From contig JAILPP010000135.1 of assembly GCA_024699425.1 (NCBI GenBank), positions 1 through 57,850 on the forward strand: 57,850 nt of DNA, written 5' to 3'. Below the pieces are notes generated by a model. The model was not told the DNA's origin and searched no databases. It was given only the letters and a program-made list of their open reading frames with translations. A program made the translations under genes and the position numbers. This document shows, in pieces, positions 18,233 through 26,876 of the stretch. The stretch's first letter is position 1; each line of letters begins with the position of its first letter. This stretch comes from Oscillospiraceae bacterium (lineage in GTDB: Bacteria > Bacillota > Clostridia > Oscillospirales > Ruminococcaceae).

Positions 18233-20434
18233 ATGAAGGCTGTCTATTTTGTTGAGAATATCGACTGCCCGAACTGCGCCGCACGCATTGAACAGGCAAT
18301 TCGGAAACTCGATGCCGTTGAAGATGCAAGTCTTTCCTATGCGCAGGGGCTTTTGCACGTCACCGCTGCCGAAACTGCCGGTCTGCTTGCTGCCATTCAG
18401 ACGGCGGCGGATTCTGTTGAGGAGGGCGTGATCTTCCGTGAAAAACGGGCGAACCGTCCGCATTCCCATGTCCGCCATCATGACCACGAGATCGCCTGCC
18501 GTCAGTGCAGCGCCGAACGTGAGGCGGCACGGGAGGAAAGATCGGAACAATCACAGGCAAAATCGCAGAAAGCAGCAGATCCTGCAATGCTGACACTCAT
18601 CATCGGCGGGGTGCTGTTCGCTGTCGGACTTGTGCTGCATCTGCTGCATATGCAGCCTGAGGTCATTTCCAAAGTGCTTCTGCTCGGCGCATATCTGCTC
18701 ATGGGCTGGGAAGTGCTGGCAGATTCTCTTAAAAGCATGACAAAAGGGCAGATCTTCGATGAGAATTTCCTCATGACCGTTGCTACCATCGGGGCGGTCT
18801 GCATCGGGGCATGGGAAGAAGCTGCCGGCGTGATGCTGTTCTTCCGTGTCGGGGAACTGTTTGAACATCTTGCAGTCGAACGCAGCCGCAAATCTGTTAT
18901 GGCTGCCATTGATATGCGCCCTGAAACCGTTCAGCTTGTCGGAAAAGACGGTTCGGCGGAAACCATACCCGCCGAATATGTTCAGCCCGGTGATGTCATC
19001 CTCGTGCGTGCAGGCGACAGAATCCCCGTGGACGGCGTGATCGCCAAGGGCGACAGTACCGTTGACACAGCGGCAATGACAGGGGAATCCGTACCTGTTG
19101 CCGTGCATAAGGGTGATGCGGTCATGTCCGGCTGTATCAATCTCAGCGGCGTGCTGGAGCTGACCGTCACGGCAGCGCTGGCAGATTCCATGGTACAGCG
19201 CATTCTCGACAGCGTGGAAAATGCTGCTGCCGGAAAGCCGAAAATTGACCGCTTTATCACCCGCTTTGCAAGAATCTACACGCCCGTTGTGGTCGGAATT
19301 GCTCTGCTGACGGCGGTCGTACCGCCTCTCTTTACGGGGGAGTGGGGAAAGTGGATCTATACGGCGCTGAATTTTCTGATGATCTCCTGTCCGTGTGCGC
19401 TTGTGCTGAGTGTGCCGCTGGCGTTCTTCTCCGGTATCGGAGCAGGGTCGGCACGGGGCATTCTCTTTAAGGACGGTCTGGCTCTGGAAGCGCTCGACAA
19501 GGTAAAGGCGGTCGTCATGGATAAGACAGGCACACTCACAGAGGGAACATTCCGTATCACCGAGATGCTGACCGATGCAGATCCGGAACGGCTGCTTTCT
19601 TATGCGGCGGCGCTTGAATCCTGTTCGACACATCCCATTGCAAAGCGCATCTGCCGTGATGCGGCACAGAAAGGCATTCTGACCGATGCAGCGGCGGAGA
19701 TCCGTGAAATTGCCGGAAAGGGCATGACCGGAACAGTGGACGGACACAGGATTGCCTGCGGAAATGCAAAGCTCATGGCAGATCAGCAGATCGAAGTGCC
19801 ACAGATCACGTCGTTCGGGACACTCGTGCATATTGCCGTGGACGGGGCATATTACGGAACGCTTGTGCTTTCCGATACCGTCAAGCCGCATTCGGAACAG
19901 GCTGTGCGGGAAATGCGTTCCCGCGGGCTGCACACTGTTATGCTCACAGGTGACAGCGAAGCACACACAAAGACGCTTGCAGAACAGCTCGGCATTGCAC
20001 AGACCCATGCGGGACTGATGCCCGAAGATAAACTGAAGATCATGGAGGACGTGCGCAGGGAACAGGGTGCTGTGCTGTTCATCGGTGACGGCATCAATGA
20101 TGCGCCCGTGCTGTCCGGTGCAGATGTCGGGGCGGCTATGGGCAGCGGCGCCGATGCCGCAATGGAGGCGGCAGATGTGGTGCTGCTCGGTTCTGACCCG
20201 CTGGCAGTGCTTTCGGCAATGGAAATCGCAGAACGGGTCGGAAAAACGGCAAAGGTCTGCATCGGGTTTGCGCTTACGGTCAAAATCGCCATTATGCTGC
20301 TCGGTTTTCTGGGATTTGCAAATATGTGGCTTTCCGTATTTGCAGACACGGGCGTGACGATTCTGTGTGTGCTGATCGTTCTTGTGAATATTCACCTTCG
20401 GTATGCACGGAAAGCAGAGGGAGCTGCGCCCTGA
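18233..20434 (+). CDS. Heavy-metal (Cd/Zn/Co-type) translocating P1B-type ATPase
   Basis: N-terminal HMA domain (DCPNCAARIE), a His-rich stretch, the CPC motif (SCPCALV), DKTGTLT, HP (STHPIAK) and GDGINDAP. Confidence 0.88.
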   Translation: MKAVYFVENIDCPNCAARIEQAIRKLDAVEDASLSYAQGLLHVTAAETAGLLAAIQTAADSVEEGVIFREKRANRPHSHVRHHDHEIACRQCSAEREAAREERSEQSQAKSQKAADPAMLTLIIGGVLFAVGLVLHLLHMQPEVISKVLLLGAYLLMGWEVLADSLKSMTKGQIFDENFLMTVATIGAVCIGAWEEAAGVMLFFRVGELFEHLAVERSRKSVMAAIDMRPETVQLVGKDGSAETIPAEYVQPGDVILVRAGDRIPVDGVIAKGDSTVDTAAMTGESVPVAVHKGDAVMSGCINLSGVLELTVTAALADSMVQRILDSVENAAAGKPKIDRFITRFARIYTPVVVGIALLTAVVPPLFTGEWGKWIYTALNFLMISCPCALVLSVPLAFFSGIGAGSARGILFKDGLALEALDKVKAVVMDKTGTLTEGTFRITEMLTDADPERLLSYAAALESCSTHPIAKRICRDAAQKGILTDAAAEIREIAGKGMTGTVDGHRIACGNAKLMADQQIEVPQITSFGTLVHIAVDGAYYGTLVLSDTVKPHSEQAVREMRSRGLHTVMLTGDSEAHTKTLAEQLGIAQTHAGLMPEDKLKIMEDVRREQGAVLFIGDGINDAPVLSGADVGAAMGSGADAAMEAADVVLLGSDPLAVLSAMEIAERVGKTAKVCIGFALTVKIAIMLLGFLGFANMWLSVFADTGVTILCVLIVLVNIHLRYARKAEGAAP

Positions 20435-20545
20435 CTTCCGCAGGGGGAGCATTCCCCCTGTATGCGCCGTGATCGGGTATTGACTTTATAACGGAAATAT
20501 GCTATACTTAATCATAGTACTTCAATATGAATAGGGGGCACTGTT

Positions 20546-21499
20546 ATGCATAAATTAGCAGAACAGGTCGGCAATGTGATGGAACAGCTCCTGACTGACT
20601 ATCAGGGCGGCAGAACCATTGATGAGGTCAGAACGTTTGACCTGCCGGATAATGAGGTTGTCAACGAGATACTGCGGAATTTGCGGCGGATTATTTTTCC
20701 GGGCTATTTCCGCAATAAAACGTTCAAGGTCTATACTGTACGGAATCATATCTCCATGCTGCTTGAAGATGTCGTTTACAGGCTTTCCAAACAGATCGCC
20801 ATTGTGCTGCGGTATGACGAACAGTATGCCCATGCATCCTATGAGGCGGTCGAAGAACGTGCGGAAGAACTGACTTTCGCTTTTCTGCGGCAGATTCCGA
20901 AGATCAGGGCGTATATCGAAACCGATGTCGAGGCGGCGTATGAGGGCGACCCCGCAGCCTATAATAAAACAGAGATCATTTATTCCTACCCGGGATTGTA
21001 TGCCATTCTTGTCAACCGCATTGCCCATGAGCTGTTTCTGCTCGGCGTTCCCATGATTCCGCGCATTATGACCGAACACGCACACAGCAAGACGGGAATC
21101 GACATTCACCCCGGCGCTTCTATCGGAAAGTATTTCTTCATCGACCACGGCACAGGCATCGTCATCGGTGAAACCACGGAGATCGGGGAACACGTCAAGA
21201 TCTATCAGGGCGTGACGCTCGGCGCACTCTCTACCAGAGGCGGGCAGAGTCTGCGGGGAAGAAAACGCCATCCTACCATTGAGGATAATGTCACGATCTA
21301 TTCGGGTGCTTCCATTCTCGGTGGTGAAACGGTCATCGGAAAAGATGCTGTCATCGGCGGCAATGCGTTTATTACCAAGTCCGTTCCCGCAGGCGCACGG
21401 GTCAGCATTCAGAATCCCGAACTGCGTTTTTCTTACAGCAAATCCCACAAGAAAACAGAGGAGCTTGCACAGGACGAGGCATGGTTCTATGTGATATAA
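20546..21499 (+). CDS. cysE: Serine O-acetyltransferase (long form)
   Basis: Hexapeptide-repeat left-handed helix region (DIHPGASIGKYFFIDHGTGIVIGETTEIG...) with a SATase-type N-terminal domain. Confidence 0.8.
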   Translation: MHKLAEQVGNVMEQLLTDYQGGRTIDEVRTFDLPDNEVVNEILRNLRRIIFPGYFRNKTFKVYTVRNHISMLLEDVVYRLSKQIAIVLRYDEQYAHASYEAVEERAEELTFAFLRQIPKIRAYIETDVEAAYEGDPAAYNKTEIIYSYPGLYAILVNRIAHELFLLGVPMIPRIMTEHAHSKTGIDIHPGASIGKYFFIDHGTGIVIGETTEIGEHVKIYQGVTLGALSTRGGQSLRGRKRHPTIEDNVTIYSGASILGGETVIGKDAVIGGNAFITKSVPAGARVSIQNPELRFSYSKSHKKTEELAQDEAWFYVI

Positions 21500-21504
21500 A
21501 AGCA

Positions 21505-21540
21505 CCCGCACGGGAGTTCTTCCCGTGCGGGCATTTTCTT
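21505..21540. terminator. Bidirectional terminator between cysE and degV
   Basis: CCCGCACGGGA-gttct-TCCCGTGCGGG is an 11-bp stem followed by cattttctt. An A-run lies upstream. Confidence 0.7.
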
Positions 21541-21541
21541 A

Positions 21542-22414
21542 TTATACACGCTGTATTCTTGAAAGCCCTGCTCCGACTGCGCCGATTCCCGTGTGGCAGG
21601 CAATGCTGCACGAAAGCGGATCATAGCCGACTTCAAATTCGGGAAAGGCTGCCTGTACTGTGCTGCGCCACTCTTCCTCTTCTTTTGCGGTGGGGAGTGT
21701 GCTTGCAGTGGCAAGGTGCAGTTCCGATGCCGGAACGTCCTTGAAGCGGGTGTTCAGCTCGTTGCGCAGTGCCTGAATGATGCGGTCTTTACACGCCTTG
21801 ATGCCCCGCACTTTCGCAAAGGAATCGAACTTGCCGCCCTCGGTGATGAGGATGGGTTTGAGGTTCAGCACCGTGGCAATGGCAACGGCGGCGGCGGTCG
21901 CTCTGCCGTTCTTCTTGAAGTATTTCAGCGTGTCCACACCGAGATAGACAACGGAAGCGGCAGCATTGGATTCGATCTTTTCGCAGGTCTCAGCGGCGGA
22001 AAGCCCCTGTTCTGCGAAATAGCGGGCATCCAGTACCGAATCCCGCAGCGTGACGGAAATGCGCCGTACATCGGCTACCTGCACCTTGCCGTCATATTCC
22101 GCTGCGTATCCCCTTGATGCCGCACAGGAACCACTCAGCCCGCTGGACATCGGGATATACAGGACATTTTCATAGCCTTCCTGAAGCAGTCTGTCCCAGA
22201 GGGCAGTCACATCGCCCGGTGAAGGCTGGGAAGTTGAAAGGTCTTTGTCCTCTGCCATAAAGCGGTACAGTTTCTGATGATCCATGTCCTGCCCCTCGTA
22301 GAATGTCTCCGCATCGGCGATGACAGGCATCGGCATGGCATAGATGCCGAGTTCACGGCATTCATCGGGGGTAATACCGCTGTTGGTATCCGTGACAACC
22401 GCTGTTTTGTTCAT
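21542..22414 (-). CDS. DegV family fatty-acid-binding protein
   Basis: MNKTAVVTDTNSGITPDE... and STSQPSPGD. The start is chosen downstream of the predicted promoter. Confidence 0.85.
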   Translation of the reverse strand: MNKTAVVTDTNSGITPDECRELGIYAMPMPVIADAETFYEGQDMDHQKLYRFMAEDKDLSTSQPSPGDVTALWDRLLQEGYENVLYIPMSSGLSGSCAASRGYAAEYDGKVQVADVRRISVTLRDSVLDARYFAEQGLSAAETCEKIESNAAASVVYLGVDTLKYFKKNGRATAAAVAIATVLNLKPILITEGGKFDSFAKVRGIKACKDRIIQALRNELNTRFKDVPASELHLATASTLPTAKEEEEWRSTVQAAFPEFEVGYDPLSCSIACHTGIGAVGAGLSRIQRV

Positions 22415-22455
22415 GTTCTGATCGTCTCCGTTTCTCTGAATCATTCTGCGCTATT

Positions 22456-22484
22456 ATCATACCACAGATTGACGTTTTTGTCAA
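22456..22484 (-). promoter_or_regulatory. Promoter of degV
   Basis: Minus strand TTGACA, 17-nt spacer, TATGAT with an upstream TG. Confidence 0.5.
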
Positions 22485-22558
22485 GGGGCGGGAAAAGCTC
22501 CCGCCGCTGTGCAGTGAGAGCTTTTCCGAATCAGAGATCATTGGACTTCCACGGAAGT

Positions 22559-23209
22559 TTACTTGAGATTCTCAGAGTTTGCAATGCTGTAAATTGCAAT
22601 CAGAACATTGACGACCAGTGCCAATGCACCTGCGGCAATTGCAACGATGCAGAAAATTTTTCCTGTGTTGAGTTTCTTCTGCTTTTCTTCTGAAAGCAGA
22701 TACAGACAGTCTTTCAGTCCGCTGCTCTTGACAAGTCCCACAATGCCGACGATCGGTCCGGGCAGGAAACAGCAGCAGAAACCGATCACAATCGAAAGGA
22801 TCATGCCCACAAGTCCGAGTGTCCAGATCGTATCCACTTTCTGTTCGTATTCGTTTGGTGCGGAATTATAGTCGTAATTCTGCTGATATGCAGGTTGTCC
22901 GTAGGCATTCTGCTGGGGCTGACCGTAGGGGTTCTGCTGGGGCTGACCGTAGGGGTTCTGCTGAGGCTGACCATAGGGGTTCTGCTGGGGCTGACCATAG
23001 GGGTTCTGCTGGGGCTGACCGTAAGGGTTCTGCTGAGACTGATCGGACGGTTTGGACAGATTCACAGTTCCGGAAGGACGGGTTGTCGGATCCGGAAACG
23101 GTGAGGACATGCCGGGGTCGATTCCTGTTCCCGCCGTCAGCGGTGAACCACAGAACGGACATGCCGTTGCTGTATCATCTACTGTCGCGTTGCACACTTT
23201 ACAGATCAT
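22559..23209 (-). CDS. Zinc-ribbon / QQNPYGQP-repeat / C-terminal two-TM (CD225/DUF4190-like) membrane protein
   Basis: CKVC...CPFCG zinc ribbon, six tandem octapeptide repeats, and a hydrophobic C-terminal domain with a CCCF motif. Confidence 0.6.
   Translation of the reverse strand: MICKVCNATVDDTATACPFCGSPLTAGTGIDPGMSSPFPDPTTRPSGTVNLSKPSDQSQQNPYGQPQQNPYGQPQQNPYGQPQQNPYGQPQQNPYGQPQQNAYGQPAYQQNYDYNSAPNEYEQKVDTIWTLGLVGMILSIVIGFCCCFLPGPIVGIVGLVKSSGLKDCLYLLSEEKQKKLNTGKIFCIVAIAAGALALVVNVLIAIYSIANSENLK
22892..23035 (-). repeat. Six tandem 24-bp coding repeats (QQNPYGQP)
   Basis: Plus-strand units GGGCTGACCGTAGGGGTTCTGCTG with a few substitutions, mostly at third-codon positions. Confidence 0.85.
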
Positions 23210-23365
23210 AGTGATTTCCTCCTGTGATGCGCAGCGCAGAAACGCTGCACCTATATTATGGTTACCATTATAACATAAAACAACTCAAAAGTAAAGCAGT
23301 TTCCGAAAAAACTCTGCTTTATTACACGGTGTATCAAATTTTTTGCATGATTTGCTGATTTTGAC

Positions 23366-23394
23366 TTGATTTTTTCAAAAATCTGTGTTATAAT
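23366..23394 (+). promoter_or_regulatory. Promoter of the beta-CASP RNase gene
   Basis: TTGATT, 17-nt spacer, TGtTATAAT. The spacer is occupied by a palindromic A/T motif (see findings). Confidence 0.5.
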
Positions 23395-23425
23395 ATAGAA
23401 AACTGGAGTGCAAGGAGGCTTCTCT

Positions 23426-25018
23426 ATGAAAATACAGTTCATTGGTGCTGCCCATGAAGTGACCGGCAGTTGCACCTATCTGGAAATCGGCGGGAAACGT
23501 CTGCTCGTGGATTTCGGTATGGAACAGGGCAGAGATGTCTATGAGAATGCACGCATTCCTGTTGCTCCGGGTATGATCGACTATGTGCTGCTGACCCATG
23601 CGCATATTGACCATTCCGGTCTGCTCCCGCTGCTGTATGCGGGCGGCTTCACCGGTGAGATTCACACAACGGATGCAACGGCTTCTCTCTGCAATATCAT
23701 GCTTCGTGACAGTGCGCATATTCAGGAATTTGAAGCGGAATGGCGCTCCCGTAAGGCACAGCGCAAAGGCGAAGAACCCTATGTGCCGCTGTATACAATG
23801 GCGGATGCCATCGGTGCGATCGAACTGCTCCGCCGTCATAAATATGATGCGCGTTTTCAGCTCTGCGAGGGTGTGGAGGTTCGGTTTACCGATGCGGGGC
23901 ATCTCCTCGGCTCGGCAAGCATTGAAATCTGGGCAACGGAGGACGGCGAGACCCGCAAGCTCGTTTTCTCCGGCGATATCGGCAATCTCAATCAGCCGCT
24001 GATCCGTGACCCGCAGTACATCAGCGAGGCGGATTATGTTGTGATGGAGTCCACCTACGGCGACAGGAAGCACGAACGTCCGAAAGACTATGTGGCAGCC
24101 TTTGCAAATGTGCTGCAAACCACGTTTGATCGGGGCGGTTCGGTCATTATTCCGTCATTTGCTGTCGGCAGAACACAGGAAATGCTCTATTTTTTGCGCA
24201 AGATCAAGGAACAGGGACTTGTCAGGGGACATGACGGCTTTCCTGTCTATATGGATTCGCCGCTTGCCATTGAAGCAACGGGCGTGTTTATCCACAACCA
24301 GAACAGTTGTTATGATGAGGAGGCATTGGGATATGTCAAAGCGGGCATCAATCCCATTTCCTTTGACGATCTCCAGCTTGTCGTGACACCGGAGGAGTCC
24401 CGTGCCATTAACTTTGACAAGCGCTGCAAGGTCATTATTTCCGCTTCGGGTATGTGCGAGGCGGGCAGAATCAAGCACCACCTCAAGCATAACCTCTGGC
24501 AGCCACAGAATACCATTCTGTTTGTCGGCTATCAGGCGTATGGGACACTGGGACGTTCTCTGATCGAGGGGGCAACGAATGTCAAGCTGTTCGGTGAATC
24601 CGTTCAGGTCGCCGCGCAGATCAAACAGCTCCCCGGTATTTCGGGTCATGCGGATGTGGACGGGCTGACACGCTGGATCTCGGAGATCAGAAATCCGAAG
24701 CGGGTGTTCGTCATTCACGGCGAAAGCGAGACGGCTGACCGCTTTACAGCACATCTGATCAACGATCTCGGATTGCGTGCCTATGCGCCGTACAGCGGAA
24801 CGGAATTTGACCCCATTGCCGATGAGATCACGCTTGAGGCAGTTCCGCGGCTCGTTGCCAAAAAGCCCGGTCAGAAAGCCAATACCGTATTCCAGCGGCT
24901 GCTGGCTGCGCTTGACCGCCTGACAAAACTCATTCGTTCCAGTGAGGGCAGGACAAATAAAGATCTTGCCAAACTCACAGATCAGATCACGGAACTTTGC
25001 AATAAGTTCGAGAAGTGA
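23426..25018 (+). CDS. MBL-fold beta-CASP family RNA-metabolising hydrolase
   Basis: MKIQFIGAAHEVTGSC and the LLTHAHIDHSG (HxHxDH) motif, with beta-CASP and C-terminal RNA-specificity-like regions. Confidence 0.8.
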   Translation: MKIQFIGAAHEVTGSCTYLEIGGKRLLVDFGMEQGRDVYENARIPVAPGMIDYVLLTHAHIDHSGLLPLLYAGGFTGEIHTTDATASLCNIMLRDSAHIQEFEAEWRSRKAQRKGEEPYVPLYTMADAIGAIELLRRHKYDARFQLCEGVEVRFTDAGHLLGSASIEIWATEDGETRKLVFSGDIGNLNQPLIRDPQYISEADYVVMESTYGDRKHERPKDYVAAFANVLQTTFDRGGSVIIPSFAVGRTQEMLYFLRKIKEQGLVRGHDGFPVYMDSPLAIEATGVFIHNQNSCYDEEALGYVKAGINPISFDDLQLVVTPEESRAINFDKRCKVIISASGMCEAGRIKHHLKHNLWQPQNTILFVGYQAYGTLGRSLIEGATNVKLFGESVQVAAQIKQLPGISGHADVDGLTRWISEIRNPKRVFVIHGESETADRFTAHLINDLGLRAYAPYSGTEFDPIADEITLEAVPRLVAKKPGQKANTVFQRLLAALDRLTKLIRSSEGRTNKDLAKLTDQITELCNKFEK

Positions 25019-25094
25019 GCAAACTGCGATAATATCAGTCCATCGGGCTGGATTATATAAAATTTATTTTCAATTTCAAAGGAGGTACGGCATT

Positions 25095-25775
25095 ATGAGG
25101 TACGATATTCAGTGTGCGCCCTATCCGGTTGGTGTTGTTTATCTGGATGCAGGGGAAAAGGTCAATTGTCAGGTCGGTGCGATGACATGGATGAGCCCGA
25201 ACATGAAAATGGATACAGGTACAGGCGGCGGTCTGGGCAAGGTGTTCTCCCGTGCGATCAGCGGCGAGTCCCTGTTCCAGAATACCTATACCGCAGAAGG
25301 CGGAAACGGTATGATCGCATTCGGTTCATCTGTTCCCGGCGATATTATCCCGATTGAACTCCAGCCCGGTCAGAGCATTGTAGCTCAGAAAAACGCATAC
25401 CTGGCCTCTGCCTCTACTGTAAATTTTGAAATTTTCTTCCAGAAGAAGATCGGTTCCGGTTTCTTCGGCGGTGAAGGCTTCATCATGCAGAAATTCACCG
25501 GTTCGGGTATGCTTCTCCTTGAAATTGACGGCAGCGTTGTCAAGTATCAGCTTGGCGCAGGCGAGTCCATTCTGATAGATACGGGCTATCTGGCTGCAAT
25601 GGATGCGACTTGCTCGGTCGAGATCGAAATGATCAAGGGCGTCGGCAATGTTCTCCTCGGCGGCGAAGGTCTGTTCAATACCAAAGTGACCGGTCCCGGT
25701 GAGGTTTGGCTCCAGACAATGCCGTTTGTCGGCTTCGTGGATCAGGTCAAGAAGTATATTCCCTCACGCGGTTGA
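25095..25775 (+). CDS. TIGR00266/AIM24 (DUF124) family protein
   Basis: MRYDIQCAPYPVGVVYLDAGEKVNCQVGAMTWMSPNMKMDT... together with GEGLF..KVTGPGEVWLQT. Confidence 0.8.
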   Translation: MRYDIQCAPYPVGVVYLDAGEKVNCQVGAMTWMSPNMKMDTGTGGGLGKVFSRAISGESLFQNTYTAEGGNGMIAFGSSVPGDIIPIELQPGQSIVAQKNAYLASASTVNFEIFFQKKIGSGFFGGEGFIMQKFTGSGMLLLEIDGSVVKYQLGAGESILIDTGYLAAMDATCSVEIEMIKGVGNVLLGGEGLFNTKVTGPGEVWLQTMPFVGFVDQVKKYIPSRG

Positions 25776-25781
25776 TGATAA

Positions 25782-25818
25782 AAAGAAGTGCTGTTTCCTC
25801 ACGGAAGCAGCACTTTTT
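25782..25818. terminator. Bidirectional terminator
   Basis: AAGTGCTGTTTCC-tcac-GGAAGCAGCACTT is flanked by AAAA and TTTTT. Confidence 0.7.
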
Positions 25819-25821
25819 AAT

Positions 25822-26835
25822 TTATCCGATCTTGCCTTCTGCGGAGACGACAAAGCCGTTGTCGTTGTCGCCTGAGACTTCATATTTGCCGTTCTGCGGA
25901 ACGGGTACATCGGTACTTCCGAACCCTTTCGGTACATAGTACACGGTGTATGTATGACTGCCGTCGTCATAGTACAGCGGATCGTCGGTGGAATGTTCGG
26001 TCAGCAGGTCAAGATAGCGGGACAGGGTAAGCTGACGGTCATGCATGATGCCTGCGTGAATCCGTCCCACATAGCGCAGATGATAGGGGGCATCGTCCAC
26101 GCCTGTTTCGTCCTCGTCTTCCTCTGTGTAGCTGAAAACGAATCCGTAACGGTGGGCGTTTTCTTCCAGCCACTCTCCTCTTGAATAGAACGGCTGAATC
26201 CTGCCTTCCTCATCCTCGGTGGCAAGATCCACGCAGTAACCTGTCGGCATATCCGGCAGTGTGCGGTTGTAAATGCCGCCGGATTCCGTGGTGCTGTACA
26301 CCAGAAGATCATGCTTTCCTGTGGCGGAACTGTAGCCCTGTGTCATTTTGTCGAGTGCATCGAGTGCAACGGGCATCAGCAGCATATCCGCACTGTGGAC
26401 ATCATAGTCGCCTTTTTTGTGGGCGATGGTGGTCATTGCCGTACCATCGCCGCTATAGCTGTGCGCATCGTCAAGGCGCAGCAGACATCCGGTGTGAATG
26501 TCTGAGGCTTCGAGCTGAATGACAACGCATTTCTTGGGAATTTTGACTTTGGAATTGAAATCAGCCTTCTGTGCGTCGATGGCACTGCCGTCGGATTCGT
26601 CCGACAGTGAAATGCTGTCGGTGTCGTCCTGCGGTTCTTCGTACTCCGGAACTTCCGTCGGGTGTCCGGCAAAATTGCCCTCGATTTTGAGCCATTCGGA
26701 TTTGTCAGGCGGCTTGTAGAAGGATCTCCGCATCCTGTCCCCGATCGGAATGCCCACCAGTGCAGCCATGACGATGATCGACCAGACACCCCGCCGTGAC
26801 ATCTTCCGACGTTTTCGTTTTCTTGTATTTTTCAT
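25822..26835 (-). CDS. Peptidase M15 (VanY-like D,D-carboxypeptidase) family membrane-anchored protein
   Basis: N-terminal basic segment plus TM. C-terminal ...GYCVDL...EWLEENAHRYGFVFSY... is typical of VanY/M15B. Confidence 0.7.
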   Translation of the reverse strand: MKNTRKRKRRKMSRRGVWSIIVMAALVGIPIGDRMRRSFYKPPDKSEWLKIEGNFAGHPTEVPEYEEPQDDTDSISLSDESDGSAIDAQKADFNSKVKIPKKCVVIQLEASDIHTGCLLRLDDAHSYSGDGTAMTTIAHKKGDYDVHSADMLLMPVALDALDKMTQGYSSATGKHDLLVYSTTESGGIYNRTLPDMPTGYCVDLATEDEEGRIQPFYSRGEWLEENAHRYGFVFSYTEEDEDETGVDDAPYHLRYVGRIHAGIMHDRQLTLSRYLDLLTEHSTDDPLYYDDGSHTYTVYYVPKGFGSTDVPVPQNGKYEVSGDNDNGFVVSAEGKIG

Positions 26836-26876
26836 TCCGTTTCTCCAGATTTTTCTCTGTTCTGTTGTTGTACGGA

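Noticed and set aside
20435-20545. Possible T-box or S-box type riboswitch upstream of cysE.
   Set aside because: Only about 110 nt separate the ATPase stop from the cysE start. That stretch contains a hairpin and a TTGACT-17-TATACT promoter, leaving a leader of about 30 nt. This is too short for either riboswitch class.
22892-23035. Tandem 24-bp repeats considered as a possible CRISPR-like or non-coding array.
   Set aside because: The units are directly abutting with no spacers. They lie in frame within a 216-aa ORF and vary mostly at third-codon positions. They are coding octapeptide repeats.
23227-23361. 44-codon ORF on the plus strand in the spacer upstream of the beta-CASP RNase gene.
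   Set aside because: It has no RBS, because the adjacent CCTCC is the complement of the RBS of the minus-strand gene. It is AT-rich promoter DNA containing hairpin and palindrome motifs.
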